Assembly: GCA_964518425.1 (NCBI GenBank)
Contig: CAZFGG010000004.1
Coordinates: 5,701 to 69,700, forward strand
DNA length: 64,000 nt
DNA from: an uncultured Gammaproteobacteria bacterium
Lineage (GTDB): Bacteria; Patescibacteriota; Patescibacteriia; SBBC01; CAIJZX01
Reading direction: 5' to 3'
Of the stretch, positions 18,584-30,230 are shown in pieces; position 1 is the stretch's first letter, and each line of letters starts with the position of its first letter. The notes under the pieces are model-generated. The model was not told the DNA's origin, did no database searches, and was given only the letters and a program-made list of their open reading frames with translations. The translations under genes and the position numbers were made by a program.

Positions 18584-19024
18584 ATGAGGAAAAACCTCTG
18601 GGCGGCGATCTTCGTGATCGTCGGTATCGCGCTGCTCAACGCGTTTTGCTACGCGGGCAGCGCACGCATGCGGGCCAGTCCTAGGCCGGTCATCGCCGCG
18701 ACGTCCGACGTCACCATGTCGGTCGCGACCAGCAACGACCATTATGCCCTGAGTGGCCACGAAGCGATCGATGCGATCTTCATCGCCCCCGGCGCGAATG
18801 CCCTGATCCAACCCGACGTGGGCACCACGTTCATCACGGCGGCGGCCAGGCAGTCCACCGACACCGGCAATTACTTCAATTCTGGCGTGATGACGGCGAG
18901 TACGTCCATGTACGATCACCTGAACGCGGCGATCTCGGTCTACCTGCGGTCGCGCATCGCGAACACGATGAGGGAACATGCCGCCCGGGTCTGCACGACC
19001 GGCGGCGGAACCAGTACCATCTAG
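18584..19024 (+). CDS. Small secreted hypothetical protein (GC-rich)
   Basis: Signal peptide 'MRKNLWAAIFVIVGIALLNAFCYAGSA'. ~62% GC. Followed by a strong terminator. The overlapping minus-strand ORF 18461..18979 is judged a frame shadow. Confidence 0.45.
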   Translation: MRKNLWAAIFVIVGIALLNAFCYAGSARMRASPRPVIAATSDVTMSVATSNDHYALSGHEAIDAIFIAPGANALIQPDVGTTFITAAARQSTDTGNYFNSGVMTASTSMYDHLNAAISVYLRSRIANTMREHAARVCTTGGGTSTI

Positions 19025-19049
19025 CCCAGCTCAGCTGGGCATGACAACA

Positions 19050-19088
19050 CCCCTGGGTGAGAGCACAGCTCTCCCCAGGGTCTTTTTT
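19050..19088 (+). terminator. Rho-independent terminator (CCCTGGG...CCCAGGG compound hairpin + TCTTTTTT)
   Basis: 7-bp outer stem and 6-bp inner stem (GAGAGC/GCTCTC), then a T-run. Confidence 0.75.
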
Positions 19089-20844
19089 ACAAATGCTCGC
19101 GCAGCAGCTTCGTCTTTTTTTGACCGACGATGTTTTCTAGGTCGAGGTCATCGGCCTGACGAATGGCCTCAACACTTCCAAACTCCCGTAAGAGTTTCTG
19201 CTTTGCTTCCGGCCCGAGACCGGGGATGTCATCCAAGATGGATCGCGTCGTTTCCCGGCGGTGGACTTTTCGGTAGTAGCCGATCGCAAACCGGTGGGCT
19301 TCGTCGCGGATGTGCTGGATCAAGAACAACTCCTGTGAACCTTCTGGGAGGCGAAGAGGAGAGGATCGACCGGGGATAAACAACTCCTCATGTTCTTTTG
19401 CTAACGCAGCTAACCGAACATGTTGAGCCAAGCCCGGAACATTCTTCATCACCACTGACAACTGGGGCTTCCCACCATCGAGGATGAGCAGGTCGGGCAT
19501 CGGCCAACCCGATTCATCATGCCGGGCAAACCGTCGGCGAACAATTTCAGCTAAACGCCGCATGTCGTCGGGAAGAGCAATATCCTTAATGGCAAACTTG
19601 CGATAATCACTTTTTTTCGGCAGGCCGTTTTCGAAGACGACCATTGACCCGACGGCATGCTTTCCTTGAAAATTAGAAATATCATACAATTCAATCCGTT
19701 TCGGTGGGCCAGAAAGATTCAGCGCATGAGCGAGCTCGTCTAAAGCCAATCGGGCTTTCGCTTCAGCTGATAACCAATTCATCTGTTCCCGCTGCAGATA
19801 ATCTTCAGCATTTTCCGTTGACATGGCCAGCAGTTTTCTTTTCAGTCCGCGGCTGGCGCGATGGAAGGACAACTGTAAAGCGTTGCCCACGGCCAAAGGA
19901 AGATCGACGGGCGTGATGACCACGTGGGGGTGGGTCGTGGACTGAGTGTAATACTGCTGCGCAAACGAACGGATCACCTCCTGGTCCAGTTGTCCTTTGA
20001 CGTGTTGGAGCATGAAATGGTCGCGCTGGATGAGTTTGCCTTGACGGATTTGGAATAAATTCACGGCGGCGATATCATCCAGCCGAGCCAGACCAATCAC
20101 ATCGAACGAATCGCGGCGCGGGGTGACAACGGTTTGTTGCTCAATGACATGCTCAAGCGCCATCAGTCGATCTCGGAGCAGGGCAGCCGTTTCGAAATCC
20201 CGCGTAGCGGCCGCTTGCTGCATGTCGGCCCGCAATTGTTTCAGCACCTGGCCAACCTTTCCTTCGAGGAAATTGATTAACCGTTCAACAACCTGGTGAT
20301 AGCGCTCGACGCTTCCCGGTCCGGTATCATGGCCCAGGCAGCGGCCAAGATGGGCATCAAAGCACGGTACCTCTGGTTTATTCTTACAACTTTTATAAGG
20401 AAATAAGCGCTTGAGTAGTCGCATTGTTCGGCGAACAGCTAGCCCCGACGTGTACGGTCCGAAATAGCGGCTGCCGTCCATCGTGATCCGGCGGACGGTA
20501 CTGACCTGTGGAAAGCGATCGCGCAAAGCAATCTTAATGTACTGAAAATATTTATCGTCTTTCAGGATGACATTGTATTTGGGGCGGTATTTTTTTATCA
20601 GCGTTGACTCAAGGAGAAGTGCTTCCGTTTCCGAGCGAACAAGAATGTGCTCAATGCGATGAATCTCACCGATCATGATCTGCTTGGCCGGTGATAAATC
20701 CGCCGATGGGCGGAAATATGACGAGACACGCGAACGGAGGTTATTTGCTTTCCCAACATAAATAACCGTCCCGTCCGTGTCGTGATAGAGGTAGACGCCG
20801 TATTTCTTCGGCAGAGCTTGGGCCAAGGTGAGAAGGCTCGACAT
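19087..20844 (-). CDS. uvrC: Excinuclease ABC subunit C
   Basis: GIY-YIG N-terminus 'GVYLYHDTDGTVIYVGKANNLRSRVSSYF', a UvrBC-interaction region, and C-terminal RNaseH-like and HhH domains. 585 aa. Confidence 0.93.
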   Translation of the reverse strand: MSSLLTLAQALPKKYGVYLYHDTDGTVIYVGKANNLRSRVSSYFRPSADLSPAKQIMIGEIHRIEHILVRSETEALLLESTLIKKYRPKYNVILKDDKYFQYIKIALRDRFPQVSTVRRITMDGSRYFGPYTSGLAVRRTMRLLKRLFPYKSCKNKPEVPCFDAHLGRCLGHDTGPGSVERYHQVVERLINFLEGKVGQVLKQLRADMQQAAATRDFETAALLRDRLMALEHVIEQQTVVTPRRDSFDVIGLARLDDIAAVNLFQIRQGKLIQRDHFMLQHVKGQLDQEVIRSFAQQYYTQSTTHPHVVITPVDLPLAVGNALQLSFHRASRGLKRKLLAMSTENAEDYLQREQMNWLSAEAKARLALDELAHALNLSGPPKRIELYDISNFQGKHAVGSMVVFENGLPKKSDYRKFAIKDIALPDDMRRLAEIVRRRFARHDESGWPMPDLLILDGGKPQLSVVMKNVPGLAQHVRLAALAKEHEELFIPGRSSPLRLPEGSQELFLIQHIRDEAHRFAIGYYRKVHRRETTRSILDDIPGLGPEAKQKLLREFGSVEAIRQADDLDLENIVGQKKTKLLREHL

Positions 20845-21035
20845 AGGGCCAGTATAGCATGGTGGTCAAACAAGTTTTGCCTAATGTTAGCCGAGATACT
20901 ATCAGCCGGGCTTGACTTTTTCGTCATTTTCGACTACGCTACGTCGTTCTTCTCCCGCACTTTATTCTTGGATGACAGCGAGCTCTGCTCTTGGCCATAG
21001 GCAAACGATTCACCACCCCATCAAGGAGGACAAAG

Positions 21036-21563
21036 GTGAGCAAGCGCCTCAAGCAGGTTCTGGTTCGGCTCAATGGAATTTCGGCACCCGACAACATGGG
21101 TGTCGAGATCATCGATCGCGATGACGAACGGCTTCGGCAACAACGCGCAGAGGGTCAGCTCCTACCTGGACAGAAGGTCTTCCAGACCAATCTGGAAGTC
21201 GACAGGCCTTGGCGCATGGGCGGCGTGTTCGGCGACATCCAGCAGGTCGGCTTCTTCATCAGCAATGTCAGTCAGGAAATGCGTGGTGGACAGAAGTCGG
21301 GAAAGAAAACGCCTGTCCTGACACTCTCTTTCGAGCCTGGTGACCAACATCGCTACGCTCCCGGTTTCCTGGCCTGGATGACGCAGTACTTCCAGACAAA
21401 CTCGTTCGAGCTGGCCATGATGCATCGCAACCCGCTGGTTGGTGGGGGGCAGCAACTGGTCATCGACGTCTGCCGGGTCGTGCCTGTCGGGTTCGGGCAG
21501 AAGTTCCTGCCGCTGCGACCTCAGCTGGGAATTCCAAGTCCCAAGCACGCCAGCTCCGTCTAG
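21036..21563 (+). CDS. Hypothetical protein (GC-rich insert between uvrC and uvrA)
   Basis: SD AAGGAGG 6 nt before the GTG at 21036 ('VSKRLKQVL'). ~175 aa with no known motif. Followed by the terminator at 21580-21611. Confidence 0.45.
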   Translation: MSKRLKQVLVRLNGISAPDNMGVEIIDRDDERLRQQRAEGQLLPGQKVFQTNLEVDRPWRMGGVFGDIQQVGFFISNVSQEMRGGQKSGKKTPVLTLSFEPGDQHRYAPGFLAWMTQYFQTNSFELAMMHRNPLVGGGQQLVIDVCRVVPVGFGQKFLPLRPQLGIPSPKHASSV

Positions 21564-21579
21564 CTGCATCCTTTTCCTC

Positions 21580-21611
21580 GCCCCGTCGCGCAACTAGCGA
21601 CGGGGCTTTTT
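21580..21611 (+). terminator. Rho-independent terminator (GCCCCGTCGC-gcaacta-GCGACGGGGC + T5)
   Basis: Perfect 10-bp stem followed by TTTTT. Confidence 0.8.
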
Positions 21612-21630
21612 CTTCAGCAAGGCTTCTGAC

Positions 21631-21659
21631 TTGACCCCTCTTGACAGCGGGTGTATACT
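21631..21659 (+). promoter_or_regulatory. Sigma-70-type promoter TTGACC-N17-TATACT upstream of uvrA
   Basis: Near-consensus -35 (21631-36) and -10 (21654-59) hexamers with a 17-nt spacer, about 30 nt before the uvrA start. Confidence 0.55.
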
Positions 21660-21688
21660 CTCGCCAGCTTTTTGTCCTCTTTTTTACG

Positions 21689-24637
21689 ATGCCTTCTTCT
21701 AAGCCGACCAAGCGGTCAGTCCTCCGTCCCGATCACACCGCCATTCGGGTTCGTGGCGCTCGGGTTCACAACCTGAAGAATATTGACGTCGATATTCCGC
21801 GTGACGCGCTGGTTGTTTTAACCGGCTTGTCGGGCTCAGGAAAATCATCGCTGGCGTTTGATACCATCTACGCTGAGGGACAACGGCGTTATGTTGAATC
21901 CCTGTCGGCCTACGCTCGGCAGTTTTTAGGCTTAATGGATAAGCCAGACGTGGATCAAATTGATGGTTTATCACCGGCCATTTCGATTGACCAAAAAACG
22001 ACCTCCCACAATCCTCGCTCAACCGTCGGCACGGTCACGGAAATTTACGATTACTTACGCTTGCTCTTCGCCCGGGTCGGTTTGCCGCATTGTCCAATCT
22101 GCGGTCGACCGGTGACGAAGCAGACGATTGAACAAATCGTTGATCAAGTTCTAGCCTGGCCGAAGAACACGAAGATCATGATTTTAGCGCCGGTCATTCG
22201 CGATCAAAAAGGCGAACACAAGCACGTGATGACGGACGTTCGGAAGGCGGGTTTCGTCCGACTCCGGATCGATGGACGAGTCTACTCGCTCGATGAAGCT
22301 GAAGATCTCAATATCGATAAACAGAAGAAGCACCGGATTGAGGTCGTCGTTGACCGGCTCACGCTTGGCCAGGATGACCAGGAGAAGAATAGCGAGAACA
22401 AAACGCGACTCTACGATTCTTTGGAAACCGCTTTAGATCTCGGCGACGGCTTGGTCGTTGTCCAGCGACTCGATAATGACGAAGATGTTCTGTTCAGCGA
22501 ACACTTTGCCTGCGCCTATGACAACCTCTCGCTGCCGCCGATTGAACCTCGGACCTTTTCCTTCAACAATCCTCACGGTGCCTGCCCTGACTGCACGGGC
22601 CTGGGCACGAAACTCGAAGTTGATCCGGAGCTGGTTATTCCCAATAAGCGCTTAAGCCTGGCTGAAGGGGCCATCCGCCCATGGTCGCGGACAAGCGCTA
22701 ACCAGGCCTGGTACAACCGCGTTCTAGAAGCGGTCGCCAAGGAGCATGGTTTTTCCACACGCGTTCCGGTCGACAAATTGACCAAGAAACAGCTCGATAT
22801 TATCTTCCACGGTTCTGGAGACGACGTTTTCGACGTCAATAAGTCCTATGCCGGGCAGGGCGGACGCGAATTGAGTACAACCTTTGAAGGTGTCCTGCCG
22901 AATCTCATGCGCCGGTATAAAGAAACTGATTCCGAATACATGCGGGCGGAAATCGAGCGCTACATGCGGACGTTTCCTTGCCCAACCTGTCACGGGAAAC
23001 GCTTGAAGCCGGAAGCCTTGGCCGTCACGGTCAGCGATAAAAACATTGCCGACACGACCAGCCTGAACATCGCTCACGCCAAGAACTTTTTTGATGCCCT
23101 GACGGGTGACGGTCCGGCCAAGGACATCAAAAAACTTAGCCCCCGGGACCTGACGATCGCCCACCAAATTCTGAAAGAAATCCGGGCCCGCCTGACCTTC
23201 TTACAGAATGTTGGTTTAGATTATTTGACGCTTGATCGCGCCGCTTCAACGTTAGCTGGTGGCGAGGCTCAGCGGATTCGCTTGGCGACCCAAATCGGTT
23301 CGTCACTCGTCGGCGTGATTTACATTCTCGATGAGCCGTCAATCGGATTACATCAGCGAGACAATGATAAATTAATTGAAACACTTATCAGGTTGCGTGA
23401 TCTCGGCAACACGGTTTTGGTTGTCGAACACGACGAAGCGACCATGCTCGCGGCCGACTACCTGATTGATATTGGTCCTGGCGCTGGTGACCACGGTGGA
23501 CAAGTTGTTTCCCAAGGCAAGCCATCCGAAGTTATGGCCGACCCGAAATCCTTAACTGGCCAATACCTCTCCGGGAAAAAAACTATTGATCCGCCGTCCA
23601 CCTATCGGCGCGGGAATGGCAAGTCGATCAGTATCCTCGGCGCAGCCGAATTCAACCTGCGCTCGATTGATGTTACCTTGCCGCTCGGAAAATTCGTCTG
23701 TATTACCGGTGTTTCCGGCAGCGGTAAATCAACCCTGATGACCGATATTCTGGCCCGGGCACTGAACCAGTATTTTTACAACGCCAAAGACCTGCCAGGC
23801 AAGCATAAAGCTATCAAAGGCCTCGAACATCTCGATAAGGTTGTGGATATTGACCAGAGTCCGATTGGCCGGACCCCCCGTTCAAACCCGGCGACGTACA
23901 CGGGCGTTTTCACCCAAATCCGCGATATCTTCACTCAGGTTCCGGAAGCAAAGATGCGCGGCTATGGACCTGGCCGATTCTCCTTCAACGTCAAAGGCGG
24001 CCGCTGTGAAGCGTGCGAAGGGGACGGCGTGGTGCGGATTGAAATGCAATTCTTGCCGGATGTCTATGTCGAATGTGAAGAGTGCCATGGCCAACGGTAC
24101 AACCAGCAAGCCTTAGATATCCACTACAAAGGCAAGAACATCGCCCAAATTTTGAACATGACGGTTGAAGAGGCCTTGGCTTTCTTCGAACATATTCCGG
24201 CGATTCACCAAAAGTTAAAAACATTATCCGATGTTGGCCTAGGCTACGTTCACCTTGGCCAATCAGCCACGACGTTGTCTGGCGGTGAAGCCCAGCGCGT
24301 GAAGTTAGCGACCGAGCTGTCCCGCCGCGCCACCGGCCGGACACTGTATATTCTCGATGAACCAACCACCGGTCTCCATGTCGATGACGTCAAGCGCTTG
24401 CTCGGCGTGATTAACCAATTGGTCGACAAGGGCAATACCGTCCTCGTCATTGAACACAATCTTGATGTTATCAAGTCGGCTGATTGGATTGTTGACCTCG
24501 GACCAGAAGGGGGAGACGGTGGTGGGCACATTGTGGCCGAGGGAACGCCCCGTGAGATTGCTCAAGTCAAGGGTAGCCATACTGGGAAATACTTAGCCGA
24601 AATCTTGAGCAAGAAAAAAAACCGCTCCAGCGTGTAA
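21689..24637 (+). CDS. uvrA: Excinuclease ABC subunit A
   Basis: '[21 protein letters not shown]', two ABC ATPase modules (Walker A '[12 protein letters not shown]' and '[10 protein letters not shown]'), zinc fingers. The ORF track starts at 21641; 'MPSSKPTK' at 21689 fits the UvrA N-terminus. Confidence 0.95.
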   Translation: MPSSKPTKRSVLRPDHTAIRVRGARVHNLKNIDVDIPRDALVVLTGLSGSGKSSLAFDTIYAEGQRRYVESLSAYARQFLGLMDKPDVDQIDGLSPAISIDQKTTSHNPRSTVGTVTEIYDYLRLLFARVGLPHCPICGRPVTKQTIEQIVDQVLAWPKNTKIMILAPVIRDQKGEHKHVMTDVRKAGFVRLRIDGRVYSLDEAEDLNIDKQKKHRIEVVVDRLTLGQDDQEKNSENKTRLYDSLETALDLGDGLVVVQRLDNDEDVLFSEHFACAYDNLSLPPIEPRTFSFNNPHGACPDCTGLGTKLEVDPELVIPNKRLSLAEGAIRPWSRTSANQAWYNRVLEAVAKEHGFSTRVPVDKLTKKQLDIIFHGSGDDVFDVNKSYAGQGGRELSTTFEGVLPNLMRRYKETDSEYMRAEIERYMRTFPCPTCHGKRLKPEALAVTVSDKNIADTTSLNIAHAKNFFDALTGDGPAKDIKKLSPRDLTIAHQILKEIRARLTFLQNVGLDYLTLDRAASTLAGGEAQRIRLATQIGSSLVGVIYILDEPSIGLHQRDNDKLIETLIRLRDLGNTVLVVEHDEATMLAADYLIDIGPGAGDHGGQVVSQGKPSEVMADPKSLTGQYLSGKKTIDPPSTYRRGNGKSISILGAAEFNLRSIDVTLPLGKFVCITGVSGSGKSTLMTDILARALNQYFYNAKDLPGKHKAIKGLEHLDKVVDIDQSPIGRTPRSNPATYTGVFTQIRDIFTQVPEAKMRGYGPGRFSFNVKGGRCEACEGDGVVRIEMQFLPDVYVECEECHGQRYNQQALDIHYKGKNIAQILNMTVEEALAFFEHIPAIHQKLKTLSDVGLGYVHLGQSATTLSGGEAQRVKLATELSRRATGRTLYILDEPTTGLHVDDVKRLLGVINQLVDKGNTVLVIEHNLDVIKSADWIVDLGPEGGDGGGHIVAEGTPREIAQVKGSHTGKYLAEILSKKKNRSSV

Positions 24638-24702
24638 CACTAGAGCGGGTAGAACAGGTAGAACAGAGGCGGTCGGGTTATCGACCAGATAAGGTGCAGC
24701 TG

Positions 24703-24957
24703 CTACTTCCCATTCCCGTCTTTCTTCTTGGCGTCCTGATTGGACGAGTCAGGGAGTGTTCCCGCTTCCGGCTTCCAGCGCTGGGCTCGCTGGCTCTCTT
24801 CCTGAATCCTGGTGTAGATCTCTTCACGGTGGACCTTGACCTCGGGCGGAGCCTCGATGCCAAGTTTGACTTGGCCCGAGCGAACTTCGAGGACAGTGAT
24901 TTTTACGTCATCACCGATCCTGATGTTCTCGCCCAGCTTCCGTGTGAGCACGAGCAC
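24703..24957 (-). CDS. csrA: Carbon storage regulator CsrA-family RNA-binding protein (C-terminally extended)
   Basis: GTG start preceded by AGGAGG at 6 nt. '[52 protein letters not shown]' matches the CsrA consensus. The ORF-track N-terminal extension is rejected. Confidence 0.85.
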   Translation of the reverse strand: MLVLTRKLGENIRIGDDVKITVLEVRSGQVKLGIEAPPEVKVHREEIYTRIQEESQRAQRWKPEAGTLPDSSNQDAKKKDGNGK

Positions 24958-25074
24958 GTAGTGCCTCCTTGTAGTACCCCGGATGGGGTATGATGAAAGA
25001 GCTAGGGTGGTATACTTGCCCCAGTCCTGAGGTACTGCAGTGAACGCCTCGGACCCTATCATAATCGCTGATTC

Positions 25075-26025
25075 ATGTCAAACCTGAGCCCCCTACAGAC
25101 TGCAATCCTTCGCACTTTAGCCTATTTTGACATCTTTGATTTTCCGCTGACCGAGGAGGAAATTTGGCGCTGGATTTACCCTCAGCAGCCAAAGAGTACC
25201 ATCACGGCCGAAGATGTTTCGGCCGCCCTTCAAGCTGGTCCGCTGGATACGATGATTGAACGGCAAGGAAAGTTTATCGTTGTGAAGGGTCGAAGTGTCA
25301 TTGTCCAAACTCGAGCTGAACGGAAGGTACGGAATGAAAAAAAATGGCGGCGCGCCCTGACCGTAGCGCGTTACGTTGAAATGGTGCCATTTATTAAGAT
25401 GGTGGCGGTGGTCAACACCTTAGCCATTGATAATGCGCGGCCAGAGAGTGACATTGATCTCCTGATCGTGATCGCTCCTGGTCACATCTGGCTAACGCGG
25501 ATGATCGTCACCGGGATCGTGGCCCTGCTTGGATACCGCCGACACGGTACCAACATTACCGACCGCGTCTGTTTAAGTTTCTACATGACGACATCCGAGC
25601 TCGATCTTGAATCGCTGAAACGGGAAGATGACGATCCACACTTTGCGTTCTGGGCCAGCGAGGCTGTGCCATTACTTGATGATGGAACCTATACGAAATT
25701 CGTCCAGGCGAATGCTTGGGTGAACAAGATGTTGCCAAATGCCTGGTCGTGGGATTGGCGACAACGCCTCATTAAGCCAAACAGCGGTCTCCAATCGATC
25801 AAAAATTTCTTTGAAATATTTTTTCAGTCGCCGATTGGCTTGAGCTTGGAAGTCTGGGCCCGGAATTACCAAATGAAGCGGATGGATAAAAACACGACCA
25901 GCCGGTCGAGTGAACCAACGACGGACGTGATTATTTCGGAGGATGTGTTGAAATTCCACGAAGCTGATCGGCGCTTAGTATACCGTCAAAAGTTCTACGA
26001 TCGACTACGATCGCTTGGATTATGA
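25075..26025 (+). CDS. Nucleotidyltransferase-fold domain protein (hypothetical)
   Basis: '[21 protein letters not shown]' hG[GS]...DhDh-type NTase motif. Its stop overlaps the next gene start by 4 nt (ATGA). Confidence 0.45.
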   Translation: MSNLSPLQTAILRTLAYFDIFDFPLTEEEIWRWIYPQQPKSTITAEDVSAALQAGPLDTMIERQGKFIVVKGRSVIVQTRAERKVRNEKKWRRALTVARYVEMVPFIKMVAVVNTLAIDNARPESDIDLLIVIAPGHIWLTRMIVTGIVALLGYRRHGTNITDRVCLSFYMTTSELDLESLKREDDDPHFAFWASEAVPLLDDGTYTKFVQANAWVNKMLPNAWSWDWRQRLIKPNSGLQSIKNFFEIFFQSPIGLSLEVWARNYQMKRMDKNTTSRSSEPTTDVIISEDVLKFHEADRRLVYRQKFYDRLRSLGL

Positions 26026-27635
26026 CCACTCGTCGAAATATTGCTTGGGTCGTTATTGTCATAACGATCATTTCGACCCTCGTCCTGTTTTTGCGTTTGC
26101 CGCGTACGCCGCTGACGAATTGGGATGAGGGAATTTATGCCGGGGTAACACAAACCATCCACGCCGGGGGATCATGGTGGTTGCCGACGTATCACGGCCA
26201 ATTATTTTTGGAAAAACCACCACTGACGTTCTGGCTGATGAACTTATCATTCGATGTGTTTGGCGTCAATGAGTTGGGCGTGCGGTTCTGGTCCGCACTG
26301 GCTGGAATAGCTACGGCGCTTCTGATCACGGTATGGACATGGCAGGCTACCCCCCCGAACCCCCCCTTATCCAAGGGGGGGAACCACAGGGCCTGGCTAG
26401 CGTTGTTGGCTGGACTTCTTTTTGTCAGCGGTCGGTTCATGTTTTTTCATGCTTTTCGGACCGGCGACACGGACGCGTTGTTGGTGTTCTTTGTGACCGC
26501 CACGCTCTACGCCTATTGGCGGACGAAAGATGACCAACGCTGGTGGTGGGCGGTGGGAATTTTCACTGGCTTGGCTATCATGACGAAATCATTTGTCGGA
26601 CTGTTGCCCCAGTTGATCATCGACCTTGATCTCCTGGTCAGTCGGGGATACCGGCACACTTCCTGGCGCCGGGCGATGCAAGGCCTGGGGCTCTTACTTC
26701 TTGTGGCGGCACCATGGCACATCGTGGTCGGACTGACGCATGGCCGGGAACTCTGGCATCAAGCGGTTGGCTTTAACCTGGTTGAACGCAGCTCAGCGAT
26801 TATCGCCAGCGCCAACGTTCCGGGGTACTGGTATGGCAAGGTATTCTTGGATTTTTTCTTTCCCGCGTCGTTTTTCATCGCCTGGGCAGTCTTGGTTGCT
26901 CTCAACCAGCGAAAGGAACCACTCAACAGACTTCTGTTGATCTGGGCTGGAGTGACAATCATTCTCTTTTCCCTAGCTCGCACGAAATACGATCACTACA
27001 TCCAACCCCTCTATCCGGCAGCCAGCTTGCTGATTGCCCTAGCCTTCATCCATGGTCTGGCCGAGCAACCGCGGCGATGGTTGTGGGTGGTGTTTGAACT
27101 CAGTACGGCGTGGATGATCGCCGCCATGCCCGCCCACTTAGCTCATTCGGGGTTGCTCTGGAACCTCACGCCGTATGGATTCTTACCGGTCGCCTGGGCG
27201 ACTCATGCAATGTTCCGGTGGTTAGTCGCGCTCATCGCGGCTTTGATTGTCGTGACTATCGCTCGAGTTCTTCAACCCCGGTTAGCACCGTTGATCGTTG
27301 GTGCGGCGATGGCGGCATATGTCGTTATTCTCAGCTTTGGCTGGCAGTATTCATATCTGAAACATCTGCCGACAACATCAAACGCGAAAGCGATTGCGGC
27401 CCAGGTCATATCTATCCACCCCCAAGATATTCGGGTAATCGATATTTCACATTTGTCAGAACCGGCGTTGTATTTTTACTTGGCCCGGATCGGCGTGCCG
27501 ATCACGGAAGCAACATCAGCCGCCCGATTTGAGGGTTCAACAATTATCACCACGATAACTTTATCGCCTACCCTCCAACATCAGGGCTATCATCAGGTCT
27601 TCCACCAGGGGCCATACGTGGCGTTGAGACAGTAA
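26022..27635 (+). CDS. GT-C family membrane glycosyltransferase (ArnT / PMT-like, GT39/GT83-type)
   Basis: N-terminus 'PLTNWDEGIYAGVTQ...GSWWLPTYHGQLFLEKPPLTFWLM' and at least 10 TM helices typical of ArnT/dolichyl-phosphate-mannose transferases. Translationally coupled to the upstream NTase-like gene. Confidence 0.7.
   Translation: MTTRRNIAWVVIVITIISTLVLFLRLPRTPLTNWDEGIYAGVTQTIHAGGSWWLPTYHGQLFLEKPPLTFWLMNLSFDVFGVNELGVRFWSALAGIATALLITVWTWQATPPNPPLSKGGNHRAWLALLAGLLFVSGRFMFFHAFRTGDTDALLVFFVTATLYAYWRTKDDQRWWWAVGIFTGLAIMTKSFVGLLPQLIIDLDLLVSRGYRHTSWRRAMQGLGLLLLVAAPWHIVVGLTHGRELWHQAVGFNLVERSSAIIASANVPGYWYGKVFLDFFFPASFFIAWAVLVALNQRKEPLNRLLLIWAGVTIILFSLARTKYDHYIQPLYPAASLLIALAFIHGLAEQPRRWLWVVFELSTAWMIAAMPAHLAHSGLLWNLTPYGFLPVAWATHAMFRWLVALIAALIVVTIARVLQPRLAPLIVGAAMAAYVVILSFGWQYSYLKHLPTTSNAKAIAAQVISIHPQDIRVIDISHLSEPALYFYLARIGVPITEATSAARFEGSTIITTITLSPTLQHQGYHQVFHQGPYVALRQ
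26350..26381 (+). repeat. Homopolymeric tracts C7-GAA-C7-TTATCCAA-G7 inside the GT-C glycosyltransferase CDS
   Basis: Read directly: acCCCCCCCgaaCCCCCCCttatccaaGGGGGGGaac. It encodes 'TPPNPPLSKGGN' in a predicted loop. Confidence 0.9.
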
Positions 27636-27746
27636 GAAAAGGCGCTCTTGACCGATTGGCAGTCTCACTGGTAGACTGCTAATTGCCTGAGTTTTTCGAG
27701 ATTCTGGCCAATTCGATATCAATCATTCACTAAGCACAGCAGACGT

Positions 27747-28037
27747 ATGGTCAAACTGAAACCGATGCGGGGCAAGGCCCTGATTAAGCCGGTCAAGGAA
27801 GAGAAAATGACGAAGTCGGGCATCGTTCTCCCGGACACGGTCGAGAAAGAAGAGTTAGAACAAGGCGAGATTATCGCTGTGGGCGACCCGAAGATGGAAG
27901 AAGGAAAAGAAGTGCCGATGCAAGTCAAGGTCGGCGACCGGGTCATTTTAAAAAAGTACGGACCGGACAAGGTCAAAATCGACGGCGAAGAGTACATGAT
28001 TGCCGACGAGGATGACTTGGTCGGGAAGTTGATGTAA
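27747..28037 (+). CDS. groES: Co-chaperonin GroES
   Basis: 'MVKLKPMRGKALIKPVKEEKMTKSGIVLPDT...GEIIAVG'. 96 aa. Confidence 0.95.
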   Translation: MVKLKPMRGKALIKPVKEEKMTKSGIVLPDTVEKEELEQGEIIAVGDPKMEEGKEVPMQVKVGDRVILKKYGPDKVKIDGEEYMIADEDDLVGKLM

Positions 28038-28041
28038 TTGA

Positions 28042-29712
<1,671 letters not shown>

Positions 29713-29729
29713 ACGTCGATATTTTCTAC

Positions 29730-29760
29730 AGCGCGGCCCGGAAGGGCCGCGCTGTTTGTT
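29730..29760 (+). terminator. Rho-independent terminator after groEL (GCGCGGCCC-ggaa-GGGCCGCGC + TGTTTGTT)
   Basis: 9-bp GC stem with a U-rich tail. Confidence 0.75.
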
Positions 29761-29805
29761 ATACGAGGGATTGATTTTTTCATAAAAATATGCTAGAATA
29801 TATTC

Positions 29806-30219
29806 ATGGCAGAATTGCCCGCACCGTTACCGAGTCGGGCGACGATCGGTCAGTGGAGCACTGACCAGTATTTTACCCTTCTCCGACGCCCAGTCATTAT
29901 CATGTCGGTGATTATCCTGGGCTTAGTTGTAACCGAGCAATCACAGACCCTGGTTCTTGTGGCTGAGCTGGCTGGAGCAGTCGGGGTGGCCTGGATAATC
30001 TCTCGTCATCGCGGTCGACGCATAGAAAGTATAACCTCGGGGGCGGCGATCGGATTAGCCATGGGCCTGGCGGCGAGTGTCGGTCGGTTTGTCCTTCACC
30101 CGACGGTGACCGATGTCTTCAGCGGCATATCCGAGACACTCATCACCGGTATCATCGTCAGCCTTCTAACGATCAGCGCGACTATTTTCTTTTCACTTCG
30201 ACGAACATCAACACCATAA
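29806..30219 (+). CDS. Hypothetical membrane protein
   Basis: 137 aa with four hydrophobic helices. No motif recognised. Confidence 0.4.
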   Translation: MAELPAPLPSRATIGQWSTDQYFTLLRRPVIIMSVIILGLVVTEQSQTLVLVAELAGAVGVAWIISRHRGRRIESITSGAAIGLAMGLAASVGRFVLHPTVTDVFSGISETLITGIIVSLLTISATIFFSLRRTSTP

Positions 30220-30230
30220 CCAACTTTCTC

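Noticed and set aside
18461-18979. Minus-strand 172-aa ORF overlapping the 18584..19024 plus-strand gene
   Set aside because: Arg/His-rich low-complexity translation typical of a frame shadow in GC-rich DNA. The plus-strand partner has a signal peptide and a downstream terminator.
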